A stretch of 63,996 nt of DNA, the filler included, from Trypethelium eluteriae (lineage: Eukaryota), in the NCBI GenBank assembly GCA_051942245.1. It is 3 parts of 3 records of this genome, joined end to end, with 100 filler letters (N's around TTAATTAATTAA, not from the genome) between each part and the next. Parts side by side here need not be neighbours in the genome. Positions count along the whole stretch, not along the records: positions 22,655 to 45,109 come from JAVECL010000443.1; positions 45,210 to 63,996 come from JAVECL010000549.1; 1 more part is not named here. One strand, written 5' to 3'. The notes beneath the pieces were generated by a model. It did not search any database, had not been told where the DNA came from, and saw only the letters and a program-made list of their open reading frames with translations. Positions 37,548-49,021 of this stretch are shown here, piece after piece (the first letter of the stretch is position 1; every line of letters begins with the position of its first letter). A program made the translations under genes and the position numbers.

Positions 37548-37562
37548 GATTCGGCCCGAATC
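37548..37562. promoter_or_regulatory. Perfect palindrome GATTCGG-C-CCGAATC, candidate Zn2Cys6 binding site
   Basis: Inverted CGG half-sites in the divergent promoter between the TF and the P450; CGGCCCGAAT recurs at 38559-38568. Confidence 0.4.
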
Positions 37563-38739
37563 CTTAATATCTATCCCGAATCTTATGAGGCACAGTACAA
37601 GTATCGTGATCTCGCCCCACCTAAGCTCAGATAAAATAATGCTGAGCTATCCAAAAGCTGACATCACCTTCTTTTCTACAGGGATGAGCATTTTCTCTGA
37701 ACATTTTGGGCTGCCAGCCTTGCCTGAACTGCGTCTTACAGGTGATAGCAGACTTTATCAACAACATTGGCTCGGGTCAGCAAAACTTATTGCGAGTTGA
37801 ATGGTGAGATACGGAAAGCCATCCATTTCTCCCATTCTCGCCGGCACATGGAAATAAAGGATAATACGAAGTTACGCTTCGTATTTGAAGCCCGCTTGCA
37901 TGTACAGAAACAAGGATCTAAAACCTATTCTACGTCTCCACTTGAAGGACGTGCGTCTACGGCTTTAATTTGCTGTCAACACTTGCCCGAAGTTTGCTAT
38001 TCTCAAGGTACGATGCCCCCTCACTATACCTAAAAAGGCCGCTTACTCTATGTCAGCCCAAAGTGGAACCTTCAAATCCATGCAGAACATGCCAGGCTTT
38101 GAGATCGAGTTGGTCGTCGACGACGACAAGGGTAATCTGATTGACTCGTTGATTTACACTCCCGCTGAGTATTATGAGGAAATTCGATACTCTGAACAAA
38201 AGCAGCGTCACAACTCGTCGAGCTCACATATAGAAGACACTTGTTATTGTAAGTATTACACTTAACACTCCATCTTACCATGGAATACCTAAGCTTCCAT
38301 TCCATACATCATATCTGGATGCAATCTGCACCATTAGAAAAACTCTCCATGTTCCAACAGTATGGAGACTCTGAATGATATCTCGATACTAGGATGAATC
38401 GCATCATCGAAAGGTCTAGCTAGTAGGCCACAGCTGAACTCTTCTTGGTCTCATTTGGTGATGAAGCGAAAGATTGCCCTCCACCCCTCAATTTCTCTAT
38501 GTACGTTGGCCAAGCAAGTCGATTTAAGCTAGCTGCTCCGCATCCCGACCAACCCGACCGGCCCGAATGATGTACTCCGAGTGCTCTGAGTAGCACTGCT
38601 TCACTGATTCAGGATCCGGAGATATGGCACAGTAATTTAGAGTTTGACGCGCAGCAGTTATAAGAGAATCTCACGACTACACTGTTTTAAGTTTCATGTC
38701 CACACTCTTCGTAGAGTAGTCAACCTAATTTCGTTCACA

Positions 38740-40446
38740 ATGTCGTCCAACCAGTTGGCCAACCAATCTCTGAACTTACCTCTTCCTATTATTATACTTG
38801 TCCTCTCAATTTTTGTCTCGACCATATTCGTTGCACTGAAGATGCTCTACAACCTCACGTTCCACCCCCTCTCTTCAGTCCCTGGCCCTTTCTTCGCCCG
38901 TGCACTACCCTTCTACCCCCTCTATCTCTACTATCGCGGTGATATGTCTTTGACGATCCGCCGTCTACATGACATCCATGGCGAATTCGTCCGGATCGCA
39001 CCCAACCATATCACCATCGCCTCCCCAACATGCTTCAAGCAAATCTCGACTACTAAAGAATTCGAAAAGGGCGAATTCTATGACGCATTTGTAGCAAGAC
39101 TGAGCAAGCACCGTGATTTATTCACCACACGGCAGAATAGTCTTCACTCACAGCGGAAGAGAATTCATGCCAATGCTTGGAGTATGACCTCAGTGTTAGA
39201 AATGGAGAAGTATCTCGACGAGCTCATTGGGCTCTTCATGCACAAGATGGGAAAGCTAGCTGATCAGAACGAGCTCATGGATCTCGGTGTCTGGATGTGG
39301 AGGTACGCCTACGATGTCATCGGTGAGCTATTTTTTGGCCAATCGTATGGGTTCCTGGAGCAGGAGCGCGATATTGACAATCTCATGGCGACCACGGGCA
39401 TGGTAGCTCCGTTTATGGGAATGTTGGGGATGGCACCGACGTGGTTCAAGCCGTTTATGATGTGGATGCTTGCAGTACCGAGTATTGCGAGGGGGGTCAG
39501 AAATATGGAGGGAGCGAAAGAAGCAGGGCAGAGAAAAGTGGCAGACCGAATAAGGAAGATGGAAGGAGGACAGCAGACGAGGGAGGATATGTTGGGGAAG
39601 CTGTTGAACTATGTATGGGATAAAGGCGAGAAGGTAGATTGGACAGTGCAGGACGTGGAGCAGGAGTGTTTTGTGGCAACGTAAGCTTTCTCTTGACATC
39701 CCACTTTGCGTGCTTTGTATGCTCACTTCCACTATACAGGGTCGCAGGCAACGACACTGTCGCTATTACCCTCACCTCCATGCTATACCACCTCTCTGCC
39801 CACCCATCTTCTCTTGCCCGCCTACAGAGCGAAATCGATCAAGCAACGGCAAACGGTTCTTTGTCATCCACCATTTCCTACAAGGAAGCTGCATCCCTCC
39901 CCTACCTGTCTGCTGTCATTAGCGAGGGCTTTCGCATCCATCCTTTGTTTGGGTATCCCGTTCCTAGGATTGTGCCAAAGGGTGGTGCTGAGGTTGGTGG
40001 CCGATGGTGGCCTGCAGGCACAGCATTGGGCGCAAGCTATGGTACCATGGAGAAGAGTAAGGATGTGTTCGGAGATGATGTGGATAGCTGGAGACCTGAG
40101 AGGTGGTTGGTGGAGAAGGAGAGGGCAGCGAGAATGTGGGATGAGGTGGGTGCATTTGGGATAGGGCAGAGGGCATGCTTGGGGCAGCATGTAAGTTCGT
40201 TTCCCTCATGACCCTTGATGTCTTGCTTGGATGAGGTTTGCCGGGATATCATTCTGTTCTGCAGTGGGATAGAATGGCATACTAAAACAACTGATGCAGA
40301 TTGCGAGAGCCGAGATGATGAAGATAATCCCTCAATTTCTACGCGAATTCATAATCGAAGCAGCAAGTCCATGGCAATGCCTGGAACGATGGTTTAATAA
40401 ACCACAAAACGCCCGAGTTAAGGTGACGAGGAGAAACAGGCTGTGA
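38740..40446 (+). CDS. Cytochrome P450 monooxygenase (pisatin demethylase/benzoate hydroxylase-like group)
   Basis: Exons 38740-39680, 39740-40190, 40300-40446. TM helix + HPLSSVPGP, VRIAPN, AGNDT, EGFR, RPERW and FGIGQRACLG. Confidence 0.92.
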
Positions 40447-41292
40447 TATGCATGTTCTATTAGAGAGCAATCTTGTGGAAACAAGCGGATCACTGGTCGT
40501 TGGTGTTTTTCCGAAGGTCTCAATGCATTCAAACGAACCCAGTGTCACTCATTCTGTACAACTGGGTAAAGTCATAGTGCTTTCCTGTATTTTTTTAGAT
40601 CACCCTATCCACAGCACTTGACTACTCTCTCAAGTGGTCTGCAAGAGACAGATCTCGAAACGTAGCCTCATGTAGAATATGAGATTCTAGTCCAAAATGA
40701 GTTCTAGAAACGACGTGAGAATGCAGCCTAAGGTCAGCTTATGACCACCAGATGCTGGCTTAACCTTTGCTATCCGGGGTGACGTGAATCACGATGCGGT
40801 TTGATGAACTGGTGGACGATGAGTTTGGTGAGATAATCTTTCAGCTCGAGGAAATTGCTTGAGTCGGCAGTGGAACCGCAACGACTCGTCTGGAATATGG
40901 TGTATTGTTCCCATTTATGTATGTTTATCACAAGCTAGAAAGTGCTTATAGAGGGAAAGCACTCTTATGATCTTTCACTCTATTGTGTACGATATCGTTC
41001 TCTCCGAAAGTGGCTATGGGAGATTAAAGTGGAGCAAGAACCGCGAACCAGGTCTTCCCTGCGCAGTATCGTAGTGCCGTTATCCAAAGTGTCACGCTCT
41101 TCACCAACAAAGCAGTGCAAGTGTGAATGCATGTGGGCTGCAAGGGTCCACTCGGAGCCGGGGTCCTAAAGGCCGGATGCATTCGGGATCTGTATATCGT
41201 AAATCTGTGGGTTTCCTCATGCATGTGTAAGGTACTCCTCCCTCTAACATATAGAAAGCCTCTAAGATTTCAGGATGTCGGTGAGGCTAAGA

Positions 41293-43368
41293 ATGGAGCC
41301 AGCATCTAGCAGGTTCTTTAGCAGACTTGCGCTCGCATCCGCTGTTGCCGCATTGTTAGCTGTGCTCCTGACCTGGCTAGGACTGCCCATCTCATTCCCA
41401 TTTCTGCATCAACAGCAGAACTTATCGACCATATTGATCATCGACCCACAGACAGAGGTTTCTTACCGGGGTACAATCAATAATGACGTTGAACACTTTC
41501 AAAATATCTTCTATGCAGAAGATACCGGAGGCAAGAATCGTTTCACTCCGCCCGTCCCACGTCAACCACTGCCTGGCACTGTCATAGACGCCACTGCTGC
41601 CGGCGCTTGGTGTCCACAATTTGTAGGCCCAGCGCCTCTGCCATTTACTAGTCCCATCACAAACGTCAGCGAGGATTGTCTCAGTCTGCGCATCGCGAGA
41701 CCTCGCGGCACCAACTCATCATCGAAGTTGCCAGTCCTAGTCTGGCTTCATGGAGGTAAGACTAGCTTCTCATTCGTATGCTGCTACATCGTTTGGTATT
41801 AAAAAGATAGCACAGGCGGAAATGCACTTGGCAGTGGATACGATCAGTTGTATGAGCCTGACGGACTGGTTAGGCAAGCGAACAAGAATGGCCAGCCCGT
41901 AATATGGGTCGCCATCAATTATCGCCTTGGAAGTAAGCTCTTTTCTTCGTGTTTTCTGTTTTCATAGCCGATCCTGACTTTGTTTTGAGTATTTGGCTAT
42001 GGAGTCAATGAGGCATTGAAAAGACAAAAATCAGCGAACGTTGGCCTACGAGACCAGCGCGCTGCGCTCGAATGTGAGCTTTTTCGACTAGAGTTCAGTC
42101 AACATGAAGAGTTTTGCACTCACTCTACTAGGGGTTCGTGATAATATCGCAGCTTTTGGCGGCGAGCCTCGCAACATCGTAGCTATAGGCCAAAGCGTTG
42201 GTGCAATGTCCATTGGTTTGCATATGACATCCTTTAGCGGCAATCGAGGCGTTCCATTCCAAAAGGCCATGTAAGCGTCAATGGGTTGCATTTCGGATTT
42301 ACAAGACTAATGCAAATTTTCAGTATGATGTCTGGAGCGACTGGCACGAACTTCAATATCATGAGCGACTTCGTTGCGAACAACACCATGACTGTAGCGA
42401 AACAACTGGACTGCATTGAAGGTGATCCAGATTCCATCGCTACCATCGAGTGTCTCAGAGCAGTTCCTATGGAGAAGTTGATGGATACCGCTGTTAGCTT
42501 TGGAAGATCCTTACACCCACCCTTCGGTGAACTCGTCTTCCACCCGATCCATGATGGTGACTTTATCCCCGATCGGCCATCAAAGCAACTACGAAATGGT
42601 CAGTATGTAAAGAACATACCAATCATTGCTTCATGGACCTCAAATGATGGCGCATGGTATCCATTGCCTTCTATTGATGACGACCAGTCCGTGGTCAGCA
42701 GCTTCGAGAAATACATTGTTGGGTTCACCGATGCTTCATTGAAGAAACTTCTGCAACTTTACCCGCTCTCCGAATTTGAGCATATGGCGCGAGATGAAGC
42801 GGCAACAGCACAATATTACCGCGCGGCTCAGATAAATCGCGATTTGTGGTTTACTTGCCCGGTCATTGACTTCACCTGGCAATACGTCAACAATGGCGGG
42901 CCACAGAGCCCGAATGTCCGTCTGTATGAGATGAATCAGACCAAGTTTGGCCCTATTTTCCAGTATATGGGGGTACCACACTGGCGCGCGGCCCATCTGT
43001 CGGACATTCCGTACATGCTAAATGGGGAAGTAGCTGCGGGCGGTGATAACGGTCCGGAACAGCAAGAACTTTCTGCATTACTGAGCGGCAGTGCTGCTGC
43101 ATTCGCGCATACCGGAAACCCAGCCAATTCGAGCCATCATGTTTTACAAGACTGGCCATTTGCTTTCTCAAAGGCTGAGCCACGCGCTACGGAACACCCG
43201 GATGAGATAAACGTCTACGTGGTAGGTGGGCCGTACGGTAGTGGCTCGGGGAAAGTATTCGGCAATGGACTTGACATCATGTCAACCCGAGAAGGAGCAC
43301 TGGCCTGGGAGAGGATAGTTGAGAGATGCCACTTCATCAATTCCATTCATGAAGAGATCGGAGTCTGA
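41293..43368 (+). CDS. Type-B carboxylesterase/lipase with N-terminal signal/anchor
   Basis: Exons 41293-41755, 41816-41932, 41990-42073, 42132-42270, 42324-43368. SEDCL, WLHGGG, NYRLG, NIAAFGGEP, nucleophile GQSVG and His motif AHLSDI. Confidence 0.92.
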
Positions 43369-43517
43369 CAACGTCTAAATACACCAGTTGTCAAACGCAG
43401 TGTGGCGGCTTCAGGTGAATTTCATGGGAAGTGCGCGACGAGAGATAAGCAGTTTCTCCAGGCTGACTATCTGATGTCCAATGTGATGAACTCTAGATAT
43501 ACATAACGAACCTGCAT

Positions 43518-44741
43518 TTACGGGAATATAGCAATGAATTTGTGCCACGTGTCCACGGTATCACACTTCAAATATTCTTTCAATGTTGCACCATCTGTGC
43601 TTGCAAACATCATGGATCCAAAGGCCGGAGCAGATGTAAATAGCCCTCCAAAGGCACCCATGAGCAGTCCAGCGAGGAATGTTGGCACGCTGTTCGGCGC
43701 CGTACCGCCGTCGAATGGAGGAAAGAGGAGAAAGCTCCCAAACATCCAAATTGTCGAGAAGACAAGGTAGACAGGTATGAAAAAGACTGGCGCGGGGAGC
43801 TGTATGACAGCAAGAATGAGCAGGATGGCGATCACGAGACCAAGCGTCAGACAGCTGACTGCATGAATGATGGTGAACGTACGCTGTGCCCAGGGACCGA
43901 GCCAGTCTTTGAGAGACTCGCCATACCGCGCCCTGGTGTCCATAGTCAGCGACAGTGCTGTCACTGATACACCAATAGCGCGGACCAGCTTCACATTTCC
44001 AGCACTGGGTCCATCACTCCAGTTACCTGCGAGCCACAGGATCTGAACTATTGGCGAATACAATGCTGCGTAAATCCAACCGATCCACCCGAGAATAGAG
44101 GGTGGTGGGCTGGATGTGAAGCGGAACATTGAGGACCTGTTGCTTGCTTGAACTTTGGTTCTGGAGGAAGAGCTGAATATTTTGGAGGTAGGTGGGCCTT
44201 GTGCGGCCGGAGATGGAGATGGTTCTCGTGAATAAGAGGGTGATGGAAAAGGCATCAGATGAGCGGTCTGTGACGTGGACTCAGGAGTATTTCCGCGTAG
44301 GTGCTGTAGCTCTTCCTCATCCTCGTTAGAAACCCTGACTGGCTCGTACGATGCGCCTTGCTTGTTAAAGAACGGGTGGTTTGCAATTTGTCCTGTCCTG
44401 AATGCAATGGATCTATTGAGGAGGGGTACATGCCTCAAAAGCCTAAGAAACTGGTCCCCTCCTCGGGTCGGTTTCAATCTTGCTGCCAGCGCGACCTCCC
44501 AAAGGCCGACGACAACGATGCGAATTCCTGCGACCCAGCAGATCCAGGCAGTGCAGAAGGCAACGAAGAAGCCGCTGCTAATCCCAGTTATGATTGAGCC
44601 CACAAACGCGGTCAGAACAGAGCTGAGGAAACGATCGTGAGGGGAAAGATCGCATGACCCATAAGATGAAGTGGAACTGCTCCTGGATGTCAAAAAGGGA
44701 TCTGAGGAGCTTGGAAAGTCGGGAAAGTCGAGAGAGCTCAT
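43518..44741 (-). CDS. Hypothetical multi-pass membrane protein (407 aa)
   Basis: Intronless ATG ORF with ~2 N-terminal and ~5 C-terminal hydrophobic segments separated by a Ser/Pro-rich loop. No family recognised. Confidence 0.75.
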   Translation of the reverse strand: MSSLDFPDFPSSSDPFLTSRSSSTSSYGSCDLSPHDRFLSSVLTAFVGSIITGISSGFFVAFCTAWICWVAGIRIVVVGLWEVALAARLKPTRGGDQFLRLLRHVPLLNRSIAFRTGQIANHPFFNKQGASYEPVRVSNEDEEELQHLRGNTPESTSQTAHLMPFPSPSYSREPSPSPAAQGPPTSKIFSSSSRTKVQASNRSSMFRFTSSPPPSILGWIGWIYAALYSPIVQILWLAGNWSDGPSAGNVKLVRAIGVSVTALSLTMDTRARYGESLKDWLGPWAQRTFTIIHAVSCLTLGLVIAILLILAVIQLPAPVFFIPVYLVFSTIWMFGSFLLFPPFDGGTAPNSVPTFLAGLLMGAFGGLFTSAPAFGSMMFASTDGATLKEYLKCDTVDTWHKFIAIFP

Positions 44742-45109
44742 TATACACTACGGCTGGCCTATGCAACGGTTCATTGACACAATATATTAGAGAAAATCAA
44801 GACTTCGAGCAGGTATTGGATTAAGAAGAATGCTCGGAAAGACGGAAAGAGAAAAGACTGGTTCGTTCGAGCTGTTTCTGGCACGGGAAATTGCTGACAA
44901 GCTACAGGAGGAAGTGGGATAATGCCTATCTTTTATCATATCTCGGCTAGCCGGCCGATAACACTGTGCATCTCATGTAGCTTGGTCGAGCTGAGAATGC
45001 CAAGGCGTTCCGCGACATACCTCAGCTTAGCGGTTGTGCTGTGCCTAAGCTGGTAATTCAGAATAGAATGCAGATGGCTGTGCTGGACAGGCGTGGCAGC
45101 GTGGCAGGG

Positions 45110-45209
45110 NNNNNNNNNNNNNNNNNNNNNNNNNNNNNNNNNNNNNNNNNNNNTTAATTAATTAANNNNNNNNNNNNNNNNNNNNNNNNNNNNNNNNNNN
45201 NNNNNNNNN
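45110..45209. other. Assembly gap with artificial all-frame stop linker
   Basis: 44 N + TTAATTAATTAA + 44 N. Confidence 0.98.
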
Positions 45210-46921
45210 GCGTCGGGGGGGAGGGAGGATGGGGATGGGGAGTAGGCGGAGATGTTGGGGCGGAAGGGCGCGGTGAGGTCTTGGTAGGCTTCGGAGAATG
45301 TTTCGGGGAGGAGGGCGTCTTCGGTGAGGGTGTCTGCGGTCTCTTGCGACGTGGAAGTGGATGTGGATGTGGATGTAGATTTGGAAGGAGAGCCGGCGCG
45401 TGGAGAGCGAGACTGCGGCGTCTTCGGCTCTGGGAAGAAGAGCTCGTCGGGTCCTGCGGCGGCGCTGATGAGTAGCTTGCAGCGGGCCTCGTAGAGGGCG
45501 TCGAGGAGGGTGATGAAGCGGCGGGCTTCGTTCTTCTGGAGAACGGTCAGGACGGGGACGTCGGTAAGGATGAGGGTGTGGAAGGTGGAGGCGAGGGTAA
45601 TGTAGTCGGCCGGACCGAGCTCCGTTTGGCAGAGTTCGGCGAAGGTCCAGTGCGTGATGCCGCTATATCGGCGAGGGACGGGGACAATGCGGCCGTACAC
45701 ACGGAGCGTAGTGGAAGTCCAGGGAATGGAGGTGGTAGTTGGGGGAAGGGAGGCCACTTCGAGAAGAGTGGAGTGGAAGCCAGCCAGAAACTCTGTGGTT
45801 GATTCGGTACCCAATGCGGGCTTTATGAAATATTTTAGAGGAGCTATCGTTTCGGACGAATTAGCAGGTGTAGATTCTTCCTGTGAGAGATTGCTCTCCA
45901 CCACCGTGGCAGCATCCTGCCAACTGCCCGGCTCTTCTGCAAACTCGACTGCTTCTTGGGGATTCAGGCTCTCTTCGACTTCTCGTCTTCGGTAGTCTTT
46001 ACCTCCTCCCATCTCCCAAACTTCACATCTTGCCTTTAGCAGTTCCAAGAAGCTTGCGAACTCGCCTCGGCCAGCAAACATGTTTTCACTTCTTCCAGCT
46101 GCACGCTCTCCCCCTACAAGACCCAATCGCCAAGCCAAAGATTCCATACGCGTTGGAGGTGGCGTAAATTCCATCCCAGCTGCTTTTGCTAATTCCTCCG
46201 GCATGCGATTGCTCGTAGCAATGAGCACACCTCCCAGTTGGAAAAACCTCGTCATCAAGTTCGACATGATCTTCGATGCTGCTCGATCTGGCAACTGGAA
46301 CTCATCAAGAAAGAGGATGGGAGATGTCTTAATAAGAGATCTTGCGAGCCATAGGAGAGAGTAATCTTCTTGCTGTTGGGCTTGCCCAGACGGGATCGTC
46401 ATGGATATTCTTTGATGTCGAATTTGCTCTAGCCTTGCGAATGTATCCAACATGAAAGTATTGAAATGCCATCTGCGCTTTTTTCTATTGGGGAGACAGT
46501 CGGCGAATAAGTCTATCAGCATCGACTTGCCAGTGCCGACTTCCCCATGGAGCATCAAGCCTTTTGGCGAGTTAAGTTTCAGGGCAGCCTCATGACTATT
46601 CAGTACTTTAGTAAGAGCGAGGCTTTCTCTTTTCTCTTTCTGTGTTAGTAATGAATGCCATACGCCTCTGGTACCGATGATGGTATCGGAGGGACTAGCG
46701 GCCTCTTGCTTCTGATCGACGACTTTGCTAATCTGCTCGAGTCGTTGACCATATTCGATTTCGGGCTCATAATCTTTCAATTGATCATAAAGCTTTGCAA
46801 GATGTATTGCCAGGCGATGTTGCGCAGGATCTGGATCTATTTGCCGGGTTGATATCAATGCACGGTATAATACAAGCGGATTGGTGATTGCAATTCCAGT
46901 CGAGGAAGCCCGCAGTGACAT
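45210..46921 (-). CDS. AFG1: AFG1/ZapE-like mitochondrial AAA+ ATPase, 3' end lost in the gap
   Basis: PKGLMLHGEVGTGKS (Walker A), RWHFNTFM, LFLDEFQ (Walker B), ATSNR, LGPADY and EARRFITLLDALYE. The ORF runs into the Ns. Confidence 0.88.
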
Positions 46922-47520
46922 TCTAGGATGGAAATGATAATCGCAAAGAAAAAAAAGAATAATATACTTATGCACAAGAAATTAGACTTGAAATAATGGA
47001 GTTGATGCGATGTTCGGATCTATTACCATTAAATATGTGCTCTTATGGTCTTTCCGCCTCGCCGGATTCTTGTCGTCCACAGCAGGGATGGCATCGAAAC
47101 TGGGGAGTGCTTCAAACGCAGTAGACAGAAATGATCACATATGTATATTAGGCTTGTCTGTTATTACACAGTCACCAACTGTCAGACTCAAGGGATATCG
47201 AATAATAATTTACCCCTTATAGAGGTAGTCTACAGGTGTGGCTGCTTTTCAGGCAAGGCACCCCCCAGTTTCGATGTGCGGGTTTTTTTGTCAACCGCGT
47301 ACCTAGATAGCCGTGCAGCCACGCATCTACAAGTCTCTAAATTCTGCAGGAAACTTCAAAATTATGTGAAGATGATAGAGCAAGGCCGCGCCAAGTTCAA
47401 TTGCTTCATGATTTCTCAATTACGGAGCGAAAGTGGTTCTAGATGTGTGAAACAGTAAAATGGTAGCTTCTACGATAGTGCTTCCCCGGTAGATTTGGTG
47501 AGAGAACCAGCAGGCAACAC

Positions 47521-48668
47521 TCAGTCCAACGTCAGATCCACAACGTCGGTTTTCCCTGAAGTTCTAGCAGACTTGCGAGATCGTGACTCGACGTACTCGA
47601 CCTCGTCTCCATCGTCGTCTACTTTAGAGCGCTCTCGTTTGACTTCAGTCTTGACCGGGGTATTCTCCAGGCGTTCCTGGCGGATGCAGTTAGAGCGGTT
47701 TAACGTTTCTGAACCTTCTAGCATTAAATACCTTTTGCTTATGGACAAGCTCGCGCAGCTCATCAGGGGATAAGCTTTCCACTGGTCTATCTTCGAGAGG
47801 TACCGGTGTCGGCGAACGCGGAATAACGCAGAGAGATTTTAGCGCTTCTAGTACAGATCTCAGTTCAACGATCAACAATCATGCGTAGAAGTGTAGGCCA
47901 ATACCTCGAGAGCGATATTTGAATTTGTATGTTGCGAAAGGTTTATCTCTAGGGTCTAGGTAGGTGCCATCGTAATGGTAATGCTTCCGCTTCGTGGCTG
48001 GGACTGGGTCACCGAGACTATTCTCGTCAGCAGCAGACACACAATTTTGGAGGAATAGTACCTCATCGTATGGGAAAGCGCGTGACCTTTGAGCGTCTTA
48101 TCCGAAAGAGTACCAAGGTCTTTTTTCGACGTCTCATTGTCATCTCTGAGTCGCGGGACCCATTTCCCTACACTCATGCGGTATAGTTTGATTACGACCT
48201 CTCCCAGGCTCTCGACCTTGCTTTGTGAAATGGAGACAGTGTCCGCATTCTCGTCTGCACTCCGTAAGCCTAGTAATGAACAAATCAAGGGAGATATGGC
48301 TTACTGATGATAAGCTCCGAGAACATGAATGGTCGTCTTTCAGCACCGTCTGGTTTATTGCGACGTATCCCGCGCGCTTCGTGAGATTGTCTAGATGGAT
48401 TCCCCAGCTGCTTTGGGGTCCATACTTTACTCCACAATGACTCGCCATCTATGGAGACTTCTGTCTTGGCTGCATTGTCCTTGTAAGGGTATTCCCCACT
48501 GAAGCGGAAGTCGACGGCGAAATGAGCTCCAGATTCTGCCATAATGTATTTAGATACGACTTTGTTATCTCCCTCTGCCACTTCACTGGCATCCTCATAT
48601 TCCTGGCAGTATTCGTCGTTAACCTTCATCCTGACCACCAGGCCGTCTAACCATGGGAGGACAGCCAT
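47521..48668 (-). CDS. Conserved fungal hypothetical protein (DUF7918-like), five exons
   Basis: Exons approx. 48668-48305, 48254-48062, 48017-47906, 47846-47731, 47676-47521. MAVL..L.V...V.....QEYED, FMFSEL, LGEVVIK, KGHALSH, PFATYKFKYRSREALKSL.VIPRSP and C-terminal VVDLT. Confidence 0.75.
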
Positions 48669-48850
48669 AGTAACCGTTGCTCAGAAAACTTCTCCGAAAG
48701 ACTTCAGTACTCAAGGGGTGGCGAAGGGTAGTGAAGAACTTCAGAAGACACGCCTAGACAAGGAACGGCAAGTCAGCTGATGTTGTAGGATGAGTGTATC
48801 AAGAGGGATTAAATCAGGTGGAACGTGTGCATGTGATGTAAACAACCTTA

Positions 48851-49021
48851 CCGCGGCTGGGGGGTTCCCTAACTGGTAATTAATGAAATGTTATTTCGAC
48901 TTTACTGTTATCACCTTGTTGGTCGATGTTAACACTGCCTTAACATGGGCCAACATGGTCATAACAATTAGACTGAGGTAACATTGTATTAATTACCAAT
49001 TGAGGAACCCCCCAGCCGCGG
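48851..49021. mobile_element. 171-bp foldback MITE-like element with TA target-site duplication (Tc1/mariner-type)
   Basis: Perfect 18-bp terminal inverted repeat CCGCGGCTGGGGGGTTCC with TA on both sides. The 82-bp arms (48851-48932, 48940-49021) stay complementary up to a 7-nt loop. Confidence 0.85.

Noticed and set aside
37760..38270. Short ORFs with a faint PPHY...SGTF cupin-like look in the TF/P450 intergenic region
   Set aside because: Similarity is too weak to support by eye; it needs blastx.
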